Shown here: positions 52,654 to 64,000 of the stretch, one piece after another
Layout of the letters: every line of letters begins with the position of its first letter
How positions within the stretch are numbered: position 1 is the stretch's first letter
DNA from: Amphiscolops sp. MND2022
Taxonomy: Eukaryota
NCBI GenBank assembly: GCA_964187785.1
Contig: OZ076409.1
Location: 72,604,001 to 72,668,000 of the forward strand
Direction of reading: 5' to 3'
DNA length: 64,000 nt
The notes under the pieces: model-generated
Seen by the model: the letters and a program-made list of their open reading frames with translations, nothing else
Databases searched by the model: none
Told to the model about the DNA's origin: nothing
Made by a program: the position numbers and the translations under genes

Positions 52654-54650
52654 GTGGGCGGGGAAATTTCACCCCGTTTGTATTCGGCCGACGGGTAGGG
52701 TCCTGGCGGCCGACGATCCGCCTTAAGCTTGCGGTATGTAGCAGAAATTGCAAAAAAAAGACCTAAATTTTAATCTAACCATTAGATTTTGCTTGTAGAT
52801 TGCATGCGGCCCTAAAATGGGCATACAAACTGAAGTTCCTGCTGACGTTTTGCGATTGAAACACTTTATAAAAAGTTATGGCCAATTTTTTGTTCAAAAT
52901 TTCAACATTTTTGGCAAATTTATATTTTTTCACTTAATATCTCAAAATGTGTTAATTTTTGGACTTTGACTGTGAAACAAGCTTGGAACCTTCATTTCGT
53001 GGCTGTGGCATTGCACTGAACACAAAAGATGTAAAGTTTTTACATTTTTTGAAAATTCGACATTTTTGAAATTTTTTTCACTACTATCAGTACCCCATAT
53101 GTCAAAAACACATCAGAAAATTTTTTTATTTGCTCTAAATTGGAAACCTTGGTATCCAAGGTTTCTGTCGGAACCTACTCGCTGCCAAACACCAAACAGT
53201 TTGCATCCAGTGTGAATTTAAATTTTTTTTCGAGGTCTTAGGTGTTTCACAAGGATTTCTCAACTTAGTTTCAATTTACAAATTGGTCATATTGAACACA
53301 TTATTTTCATCGAAGCTTGTCGGCTATAGTCTTAATGTTATAGAACGGTCCCACTGGCAACGTATGAACCATTTATAGTAATAGAAAGTTTTAAAAAAAT
53401 ATTTTCACCCGGTCTTCAGTCATTTTTCAGTCATTCGCAACTTAACTTAGAAAAATTTCGACCAAAATACCCATTTTTGTCAGGTCGAAAATTCAAATTC
53501 AGATTTTTAAGCAAAATTATTAACTCTGACGTAACCCATGGGGCCCATGATACTCAAAACAACAATTGACACTGGTATCAATGGCTCCAATAACATATGA
53601 GTCGCGATTAGAAGTTATTTTGAGCAATACGTCTCAATTGAGGTAAAGATCTCGCAAGCCAGCGATCACTGTGAAATGTGATTTCATCAAACATTTACTC
53701 ATTTTTGTCAATCACTATGTACACAGAGTGCATAGGATAAGTTTCAGCACTATAATGATGTTTTTGAAGTAATCGGCCTGCTCAAGGGGGTGTATGAGAC
53801 ATTTTTTTCTCATATAGTACTGTATTTTCCATAATTTTTAGCCCATTATCTCAAAAACCTAACTTCGCAAAATGCTTTCAATTACTTTATTCTAAGGTTA
53901 GAATGTGAGTGAACACTGTGGTTGATCAGAACCTCTCAGTTTTTTTGTTTTCCGAAATAATACCTTCGCATGGGTTACATTTATGGCAGAAGAAAAAGCA
54001 GAAGCTAAAAAATACGCTATTTTGCTAAGATAGAAACGCGATGATTGTGCCGAAATACTCTTTAAATACTTCTAACGCAACCTTATGGATCCAATATGAT
54101 TGGAAATACCGTTCACAGTCCTCACATGTACTCTTTCTCCAATCCAGATTGCACATTTTTTGAAATTTTTACATGTAGCTTTAAACTGAATCTTGTGATA
54201 GCCTTTTAAGTTGGCCTTGTGTCAACTTGGAAAGGCTATCACCACAAAAAACTATAAACAAAACTACTATTTGTTTATTGGATTCTGCTGTCGATGCCTA
54301 TTTTCGTAATTCGATCCTATCGTTAGATCCTTCCATCAGGTCAGCTAACGATTGCTTTCAGTGTTTGATAAGAACCTATGAACTTGAAGACAATTTTTCT
54401 TTTTTTTTCTTTACAAAAATTAAAAACAAATAATTAAAAAAACCTAATTGAAACCATTAGGAAGTATAATTTCTATCTTTTCTACCGTTATCATCCCCAG
54501 CCATCCCCTACGTTGACGCAATGTCCTTATTACAACGCCGCGTCACATAGCGTTCCGACGCCCATAGTCTGTGGGCATGCCGAGGCATGCCCTTCGACGA
54601 CGTATGGCAAATGAGCCATTACCCGCACTCTGGAGTGCGGTAGCAGCTAG
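52654..54650 (+). mobile_element. U21, divergent family B short cassette (1997 bp)
   Basis: Unique head GTGGGCGGGGAAATTTCACCCC and diverged tail; same core and CTAG. Confidence 0.6.
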
Positions 54651-56639
54651 GTGGGCGGGGGTAATTCCCCAACAAAAAAATCGGCCGGCGGGTCGGGTCC
54701 TGCCGGCCGTCCAAAATCAAAATCCTCCTAGTAGAAAACGGCATGTCAAACGAGCTATTTTTTTATTTAACCATACGAATTTCACCATTTTTTGCATGCG
54801 GCCCTGAAATGGCCATACGAGACGAAGTTCCTGCTGACGTTTTGCGATGTAAATGTTTTATAAAAAGTTATGGCCGATTTGTCATTCACCTAGAAGGGTA
54901 AAATGAGGAAAATTTTAACAAAGTCGCTGATAACTCAAAATGTGTTAATTTTTGGACTTTGACTGTGAAACAAGCTTGGAACCTTCATTTCGTGGCTGGG
55001 GCATTGGACTGAACACAAAAGATGTAAAGTTTTTACGTTTTTTGAAAATTCGACATTTTTGAAATTTTTTTCACTACTATCAGTACCCCATATGTCAAAA
55101 ACACCTCAGAAAAAAATTTTTATTTGCTTTAAATGGGAAACCTTGGTATCCATGGTTTCTGTCGGAACCTACTCGCAGCCAAACACCCAACAGTTTGCAT
55201 CCAATGTGAAAATAAAAATTTTTTCGGGGTCATAAGCGTTTCACAAGGATTTCTCAACTTAGTATTAATTTACAAAATGGTCATTTTGAACATAATATTT
55301 TCATCGAGGCTTGTCGGCTATAGCCTTAATGTTCTAGAACGGTCCCACTGGCAACGTAGCAACCATTTATAGTAATATAAAAGGTTAAAAAATTTTTTTC
55401 ACCCGGTCTTCAGTCATTTTTCAGACATTCGGAACATAACTTAGAAAATTTTCGACCCAAATACCCATTTTTTGTCAGGTCGAAAATTAAAATTCAGCTA
55501 TTGAAGCGAAATTATTTACTCTGACGTAACCAGTGGGGCCCATGATACTCAAAAACACCATTGGCACTGGTACCAATGGCTCCAATAACATATGAGTCGC
55601 GATAAGACGTTATTTTGAGCAATACGTCTTAATTGAGGTAAAGATCTCGCAAGCCAGCGATCACTGTGAAATGTGATTTCATCAAAAATTTACTCATTTT
55701 TGTCAATAACTATGTGCACAGAGTGTGTAGGGTGAGTTCCAGCACTATAATGAGGTTTTTGAAGGCATCGGGTTGCTCAAGGGGTGGTATGAGACATTTT
55801 TTTCCTATATACTACTGTGTTTTCCAAAACTTTTAGCCCATTATCAGGAAAAAATAATTTGACAAAATACTTTCAACTACTTTATTCAAAGGTTACAATA
55901 TAGATGAACACTGTGGTTGATCAGAAACTTTCATCTCTTTCGTTTTCCGAAATAATTCCCTTCGAATGTGTTACATTTATAGCCGGAAAAAAAACCGAAA
56001 CTAAAAAATACGCGATTTTGCTGAGATAGAACCGAGATAATTGTGTCTAAATACTCTTTAAATACTTCTAACGCGACCTTACGGACCCAAAAGGATTAAA
56101 AATGCCACTCACAATGCTGACATGTGCTCTTTCGACGATCCTGGCTGGACAAGTTTTGCAAATTTTTCAAGTACCTGTTAACTGAATTTTGTGATAGCCT
56201 TTTAAGTTGGCCTTGTGTCAACTTGGGAAGGCTATCACATCAAAAAACTTTCAACAAAAATACTTTTTGTTTATTGGATATTGCGGTCGATACCTTTTTT
56301 TGTGATTCTATACTACCGTTAGTATATTCCATCAGGTCACCAGACGATTGTATTCAGTATTTGATAAAAACTTATGAACTCGAAGTCTTTTTCATATGTT
56401 TCTTGTTCAAAAAAATTATCTAAAAAATTTATATTATAAACAATTGAGTCTTTAACTTTTTTATTTCCCAATTTTCCAGTGTTATTAGGCTCATCAACTT
56501 CCTACTGCCACATCCAGACATTAGTACAACGCCACAAAGTGTTGCGACGTCCACCGTCTGTGGGCATGCCGAGGCATGCCCTTCGACGACGTATGCCAAA
56601 AATAGCGCCCTCCGCGGTCACTACCGCGGTAGCAGCTAG
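54651..56639 (+). mobile_element. U22, family B short cassette, subtype B3 (1989 bp)
   Basis: Near-identical to U14, including the terminal module. Confidence 0.6.
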
Positions 56640-58622
56640 GTGGGCGGGGGTAATTCCCCTTCAAAAAATTCGGCCGGCGGGTTGGGTCCTGCCGGACGTC
56701 AAATAGTGTGAAACATCCAGTAGGAAACGGCGACATAAACCAGCGATTTTAAAATTTAACCGTTAGAATTCGGACTTGGAGTGCATACGGCCCCAAAATG
56801 CCCATACGAATCGAAGTTCCTGCTGACGTTAAGCGATAAAAACACTTTATAAAAAGTTATGGCCCATTTTACGTTCACTTAGAGAGGTAAAATGAGGAAA
56901 ATTTTAACAAAGTAGCTGATAACTCAAAATACATTAATTTTTGGACTTTGACTGTGAAACAAGCTTGGAACCTTCATTTCGTGGCTGTGGCATTGCACTG
57001 AACACAAAAGATGTAAAGTTTTTACATTTTTTGAAAATTCGACATTTTTGAAATTTTTTTCACTACTATCAGTACCCCATATGTCAAAAACGCCTCAGAA
57101 AAAAATTTTTATTTGCTTTAAATTGGAAACCTTGGTATCCATGGTTTCTGTCGGAACCTACTCGCAGCCAAACACCCAACAGTTTGCATCCAATGTGAAA
57201 ATAAAATTTTTTTCAGGGTCATAAGCGTTTCACAAGGATTTCTCAACTTAGTATTAATTTACAAAATGGTCATTTTGAACACAATATTTTCATCGAGGCT
57301 TGTCGGCTATAGCCTTAATGTTCTAGAACTGTCCCACTGGCAACGTAGGAACCATTTATAGTAATAGAAAGTTTAAAAAAATATTTTCACCCGGTCTTCA
57401 GTCATTTTTCAGTCATTCGGAACTTAACTTAGAAAAATTTCGACCAAAATACCCATTTTTTGTCAGGTCGAAAAATCAAATTCAGATTTTTAAGCAAAAT
57501 TTTTAACTCTGACGTAACCCATGGGGCCCATGATACTCAAAACAACGATTGACACTGGTATCAATGGCTCCAATAACATATGAGTCGCGATAAGACGTTA
57601 TTTTGAGCAATAAGTCTCAATTGAGGTAAAGATCTCGCAAGCCAGCGATCACTGTGAAATGTGATTTTATCAAAAATTTACTCAATTTTGTCAATCACTA
57701 TGTGCACAGAATGCGTAGGGTGTGTTTCAGAACTATAATGAGGTTTTTTAAGGCATCGAGTTGCTCAAGGGGTGGTAGGAGACATTTTTGTCCCATATAC
57801 TACTGTATTTTCCAGAATTTTTAGCCCAATATCTGGAAACACAAACTTGACAAAATACTTTCAACTACTTTATTCAAAGGTTACAGTATAGATGAACACT
57901 GTGGTTGATCAGAAACTTTCATCTCTTTCGTTTTCCGAAATATTTCCCTTCGCATGTGTTATATTTGTAGCAGAAAAAAAATCGAAACTGAAAAATACGC
58001 TATTTTGTTAGGATAGAATCGCCATGATTGTGCATAAAAAACTCATTAAACACTTCTAACGCAACTGTACAGACCCAAATTGATCAAAATGCCATTCACA
58101 ATGCTGACATGTGCTCTTTCAATGATCCTGACTGAACTATTTTTGCTAATTTTTCAAGTACCTGTTAACTGAATATTGTGATAGCCTTTCAAGTTGGCCT
58201 TGTGTCAACTTGGGAAGGCTATCACATCAAAAAATTTTCATCAAAAATAATGTTTGTTTATTGGATATTACAGTCGATACCTTTTCTCGTGATTCTATAC
58301 TACCGTTAGTATATTCCATGAGGTCACCTTACGATTGCATTCAAACTTTGATAAAAACCTATGAACTCAAAGTCACATTTATATATTTTTTGCCCAAAAA
58401 ATCATCAAAAACATCTAAAATATATAAAATAGAGTCTTTAACTTTTTTACGTTTCAAGTTTCTGCCGTTATTAAGCCAATCATCTTCCTACAGCCACGCT
58501 CTCTGTCATACTGTACAACGCCACATAGTGTTGCGACGTGCACAGTCTGTGGGCATGCCGAGGCATGCCCTTCGACGACGTATGCCGAATACCGCGGGCC
58601 TACGCCCGCGCTCCCCGGCTAG
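56640..58622 (+). mobile_element. U23, family B short cassette, head B4 (1983 bp)
   Basis: Bounded by CTAG|GTG junctions; head shared with U17. Confidence 0.6.
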
Positions 58623-60609
58623 GTGGGCGGGGGTAATTCCCCAACAAAAAAATCGGCCGGCGGGTCGGGTCCTGCCGGCCGTCCAAAATCAAAATCCTCC
58701 TAGTAGAAAACGGCATGTCAAACGAGCTATTTTTTTATTTAACCATACGAATTTCACCATTTTTTGCATGCGGCCCTGAAATGGCCATACGAGACGAAGT
58801 TCCTGCTGACGTTTTGCGATGTAAATGTTTTATAAAAAGTTATGGCCGATTTGTCATTCACCTAGAAGGGTAAAATGAGGAAAATTTTAACAAAGTCGCT
58901 GATAACTCAAAATGTGGTAATTTTTGGACTTTGACTGTGAAACAAGCTTGGAACCTTCATTTCGTGGCTGGGGCATTGGACTGAACACAAAAGATGTAAA
59001 GTTTTTACGTTTTTTGAAAATTCGACATTTTTGAAATTTTTTTCACTACTATCAGTACCCCATATGTCAAAAACACCTCAGAAAAATATTTTTATTTGCT
59101 TTAAATTGGAAACCTTGGTATCCATGGTTTCTGTCGGAACCTACTCGCAGCCAAACACCCAACAGTTTGCATCCAATGTGAAAATAAAAATTTTTTCGGG
59201 GTCATAAGCGTTTCACAAGGATTTCTCAACTTAGTATTAATTTACAAAATGGTCATTTTGAACATAATATTTTCATCGAGGCTTGTCGGCTATAGCCTTA
59301 ATGTTCTAGAACGGTCCCACTGGCAACGTAGCAACCATTTATAGTAATATAAAAGGTTAAAAAATTTTTTTCACCCGGTCTTCAGTCATTTTTCAGACAT
59401 TCGGAACATAACTTAGAAAATTTTCGACCCAAATACCCATTTTTTGTCAGGTCGAAAATTAAAATTCAGCTATTAAAGCAAAATTATTTACTCTGACGTA
59501 ACCAGTGGGGCCCATGATACTCAAAAACACCATTGGCACTGGTACCAATGGCTCCAATAACATATGAGTCGCGATAAGACGTTATTTTGAGCAATACGTC
59601 TCAATTGAGGTAAAGATCTCGCAAGCCAGCGATCACTGTGAAATGTAAATTCATTAAAAATTTACTCATTTTCGTCAATCACCATGTGCACAGAGTGCGT
59701 AGGGTGAGTTCCAGCACTATAATGAGGTTTTTGAAGGCATCGGGTTGCTCAAGGGGTGGTATGAGACATTTTTTTCCTATATACTACTGTATTTTCCAAA
59801 ATTTTTAGCCCAATATCTGGAAATACAAACTTGACAAAATACTTTCAACTACTTTATTCAAAGGTTACAATATAGATGAACACTGTGGTTGATCAGAAAC
59901 TTTCATCTCTTTCGTTTTCCGAAATATTTCCCTTCACATGTGTTATATTTTTAGCAGAATAAAAAATCGAAACTGAAATATACGCTATTTTGCTAATATA
60001 GAATCGCAATGATTGTGCCTAAAAACTCTTTAAACACTTCTAACGCAACCTTACGCACCCGAAATGATCGAAAATGCTATTCACAATTGTGACATGTGCT
60101 CTTTCTACGATCCTGGCTGGACAAGGTTTGCATATTTTTCAAGTACCTGTCTGCTGAATCTTGTGATAGCCTTTTAAGTTGGCCTTGTGTCAACTTGGGA
60201 AGGCTATCACTTCAAACAACCATCAACAAAAATAATTTTTGTTTATTGGATATTACAGTTGATACCTTTTTTCGTGATTCTATATTACCGTTAGTATATT
60301 CCATGAGGTCACCTTACGATTGCATTGAGACTTTGATAAAAACCTATGAACTCAAAGTCACATTTATATATTTTTTTGCCCAAAAAAATCATCAAAAACA
60401 TCTATAATATATAAAATAGAGTCTTTAACATTTTTACGTTTCAAGTTTCTGCCGTTATTAAGCCAATCAACTTCCTACAGCCACGCTCTCTGTCATTCTG
60501 TACAACGCCACATAGTGTTGCGACGTGCACGGTCTGTGGGCATGCCGAGGCATGCCCTTCGACGACGTATGCCGAATACCGCGGGCCTACGCCCGCGCTC
60601 CCCGGCTAG
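58623..60609 (+). mobile_element. U24, mosaic family B short cassette (1987 bp)
   Basis: First half matches U14/U22; second half matches the U18 tail. Confidence 0.6.
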
Positions 60610-62597
60610 GTGGGCGGGGGTAATTCCCCAACAAAAATTACGGCCGGCGGGTTGGGTCCTGCCGGACGTTCAAATAGCGCGAAGCATCTAGTAGAAAACA
60701 AGGAGTCCTGAAACAGCGATTTTAAAATTGAACCGTTAGAATTTGGTTTTAGATTGCATGCGGCCCTAAAATCCCCATACGAATGGAAGTTCCTGCTGGC
60801 GTTAAGCGATTGAAATAATATATAAAAAGTTATGGCCCATTTTTGGGTCACCGAGAAGGTCAAAATGAAGAAAATTTTAACTAAGTTGCTGATAACTCAA
60901 AATGTGTTAATTTTTGGACTTTGACTGTGAAACAATCTTGGAACCTTCATTTCGTGGCTGTGGCATTGCACTGAACACAAAAGATGTAAAGTTTTCACAT
61001 TTTTTGAAAATTCGACATTTTTGAATTTTTTTCACTACTATCAGTACACTATATGTCAAAAACACCTCTGAAAAATTTTTTTATTTGCTTAAATTTAGAA
61101 ACCTCGGTATCCATGGTTTCCGTCAGTACCTACTCGCTGCCAAACACTCAACAGTTTGCATCCAATGTGAAAATAAATTTTTTTTCGAGGTCTTAGGTGT
61201 TTCACAAGGATTTCTCAACTTAGTATCAATTTACAAATTGGTCATTTTGAACACATTATTTTCATCGAAGCGTGTCATATACCGCCCTAATGCTCACGAA
61301 CGGGCCTACTGGCAACGTTGGAACCAGTTATAGTAATAAAAAGTTTTAAAAATTTTTTTTCACCCCGTCTTCAGTCATTTTACACACTTTCGGAACTTAA
61401 CTTAGAAAAATTTCAACCAAAAACCCATTTTTTGTCAAGTCGAAAATTCAAATTCAGCTTTTTAAGCAAAATAAATAAATCTGACATAACCAGTGGGGCC
61501 CATGAAACTCAAAACCACGATTGAGACTGGTATCAATGGCTCCAATAACATATGAGTCGCGATAAGACGCTATTTTGAGCAAAACATCTCAATTGGGGTA
61601 AAGATCTCGCAAGCCAGCGATCACTGTGAAATGTGATTTCATCAAAAATTTACTCTTTTTTGTCAATCACTATGTGCACAGAATGCGTAGGGTGCGTTTC
61701 AGCACTATAATGAGGTTTTTGAAGGCATCGAGTTGCTCAAGGGGTGGTATGAGACATTTTTGTCCCATATACTACTGTAGTTTCCAAAATTTTTACCCCA
61801 ATATCTGGAAATACAAACTTGACAAAATACTTTCAACTACTTTATTCAAAGGTTACAATATAGATGAACACTGTGGTTGATAAGAAACTTTCATCTCTTT
61901 CGTTTTCGGAAATATTTCCGTTCGCATGTGTTACATTCATAGCAGAAAAAAAAATCGAAACTGAAAAATACGCTATTTTGCTGATATAGAATCGCAATGA
62001 TTGTGCCTAAAAACTCTTTAAACACTTCTAACGCAACCTTACGCACCCAAAATGATCGAAAATGCTTTTCACAATGGTGACATGTGCTCTTTCTACGATC
62101 CTGGCTGGACAAGGTTTGCATATTTTTCAAGTACCTGTCAGCTAAATCTTGTGATAGCCTTTTCAGTTGGCCTTGTGTCAACTTGGGAAGGCTATCACAT
62201 CAAAAAACCATCAACAAAAATAATTTTTGTTTATTGGATCTTACAGTCGATACTTTTTTTCGTGATTCTATACTACCGTTAGTATATTTCATCAGGTCAC
62301 CTTACGATTGCATTCAGTCTTTGATAAAAACCTATGAACTCAAAGTCACATTTATATATTTTTTTGCCAGAAAATAACATCAAAAATATCTAGAATATAT
62401 AAAATAGAGTCTTTAACATTTTTACGTTTCAAGTTTTTGCCGTTATTAGGCCAATCAACGTCCTAGAGCCACATCCTGCCACATACTGTACAACGCCACA
62501 TAGTGTTGCGACGTGCACAGTCTGTGGGCATGCCGAGGCATGCCCTTCGACGACGTATGCCGAATACCGCGGGCCTACGCCCGCGCTCCCCGGCTAG
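60610..62597 (+). mobile_element. U25, family B short cassette, subtype B2 (1988 bp)
   Basis: Near-identical to U9, U16 and U20. Confidence 0.6.
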
Positions 62598-64000
62598 GTG
62601 GGCGGGGGTAATTCCCCAACAAAAAAATCGGCCGGCGGGTCGGGTCCTGCCGGCCGTCCAAAATCAAAATCCTCCTAGTAGAAAACGGCATGTCAAACGA
62701 GCTATTTTTTTATTTAACCATACGAATTTCACCATTTTTTGCATGCCGCCCTGAAATGGCCATACGAGACGAAGTTCCTGCTGACGTTTTGCGATGTAAA
62801 TGTTTTATAAAAAGTTATGGCCGATTTGTCATTCACCTAGAAGGGTAAAATGAGGAAAATTTCAACAAAGTCGCTGATAACTCAAATTGTGTTAATTTTT
62901 GGACTTTGACTGTGAAACAAGCTTGGAACCTTCATTTCGTGGCTGGGGCATTGGACTGAACACAAAAGATGTAAAGTTTTTACGTTTTTTGAAAATTCGA
63001 CATTTTTGAAATTTTTTTCACTACTATCAGTACCCCATATGTCAAAAACACCTAAGAAAAAAATTTTGATTTGCTTTAAATTGGAAACCTTGGTATCCAT
63101 GGTTTCTGTCGGAACCTACTCGCAGCCAAACACCCAACAGTTTGCATCCAATGTGAAAATAAAATTTTTTTCGGGGTCATAAGCGTTTCACAAGGATTTC
63201 TCAACTTAGTATTAATTTACAAAATGGTCATTTTGAACATAATATTTTCATCGAGGCTTGTCGGCTATAGCCTTAATGTTCTAGAACGGTCCCACTGGCA
63301 ACGTAGCAACCATTTATAGTAATATAAAAGGTTAAAAAAATTTTTTCACCCGGTCTTCAGTCATTTTTCAGACATTCGGAGCATAACTTAGAAAATTTTC
63401 GACCCAAATACCCATTTTTTGTCAGGTCGAAAATTAAAATTCAGCTATTGAAGCAAAATTATTTACTCTGACGTAACCAGTGGGGCCCATGATACTCAAA
63501 AACACCATTGGCACTGGTACCAATGGCTCCAATAACATATGAGTCGCGATAAGACGTTATTTTGAGCAATACGTCTCAATTGAGGTAAAGATCTCGCAAG
63601 CCAGCGATCACTGTGAAATGTGATTTCATCAAAAATTTACTCATTTTTGTCAATAACTATGTGCACAGAGTGCGTAGGGTGAGTTCCAGCACTATAATGA
63701 GGTTTTTGAAGGCATCGGGTTGCTCAAGGGGTGGTATGAGACATTTTTTTTCCTATATACTACTGTGTTTTCCAAAACTTGTAGCCCATTATCAGGAAAA
63801 AATAATTTGACAAAATACTTTCAACTACTTTATTCAAAGGTTACAAAATAGATGAACACTGTGGTTGATCAGAAACTTTCATCTCTTTCGTTTTCCGAAA
63901 TAATTCCCTTCGAATGTGTTACATTTGTAGCAGGAAAAAAAACTGAAACTAAAAAATACGCGATTTTGCTGAGATAGAATCACAATGGTTGCGCCTAAAA
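62598..64000 (+). mobile_element. U26, family B cassette, head B3 (3'-truncated by window)
   Basis: Matches the first ~1.4 kb of U14/U22. Confidence 0.6.

Larger units (their letters stand above)
1..64000 (+). repeat. Head-to-tail array of ~2.0-kb and ~4.77-kb non-coding cassettes (25 complete, 2 partial; 26 GCTAG|GTG junctions)
   Basis: The same 39-bp core plus CTAG|GTG recurs with CTAG ending at 1809, 3779, 5764, 7757, 9741, 11725, 13708, 18476, 20457, 22446, 24442, 29205, 33971, 35955, 37945, 39931, 41919, 43903, 45901, 50664, 52653, 54650, 56639, 58622, 60609 and 62597. The intervening bodies are homologous within families. Confidence 0.97.

Noticed and set aside
1..64000. Tandem rRNA, 5S, tRNA, snRNA, spliced-leader or histone gene array
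   Set aside because: I recognise no such sequence on either strand, and the invariant part is only 39 bp. An Rfam/Infernal scan would be needed to exclude a divergent ncRNA formally.
1..64000. Concatenated kinetoplast-type minicircles (uniform size, conserved region)
   Set aside because: The universal CSB-3 GGGGTTGGTGTA was not seen in the conserved region, and the bodies are homologous rather than carrying unique guide cassettes.

Overview
The whole 64 kb window is non-coding, AT-rich, eukaryote-like repetitive DNA. It is one head-to-tail array of 25 complete and 2 partial cassettes, all in the same orientation, joined at 26 junctions that read GCTAG|GTG. There are two tight size classes: 21 short units of 1970-1998 bp (a GC-richer family A and an AT-rich family B) and 4 long units of 4763-4768 bp (a B-like first ~1.3 kb, an old ~722-bp duplication and 4 x ~336-bp internal repeats). 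Every unit ends with the same architecture: a virtually invariant 39-bp core (GTCTGTGGGCATGCCGAGGCATGCCCTTCGACGACGTAT) containing a zero-spacer p53-family response element, then a variable 35-41-bp module that usually folds into an 18-20-nt GC hairpin, then CTAG. This resembles a Helitron 3' end, but the next unit starts GTG rather than TC. Near-identical units recur with different neighbours and switch exactly at CTAG|GTG, so the array looks like shuffled, individually mobile, non-autonomous rolling-circle-type cassettes rather than a simple satellite. That mechanism is inference. No credible protein-coding gene, transposase, rRNA, tRNA or CRISPR array was found, and the host cannot be identified from the sequence alone.
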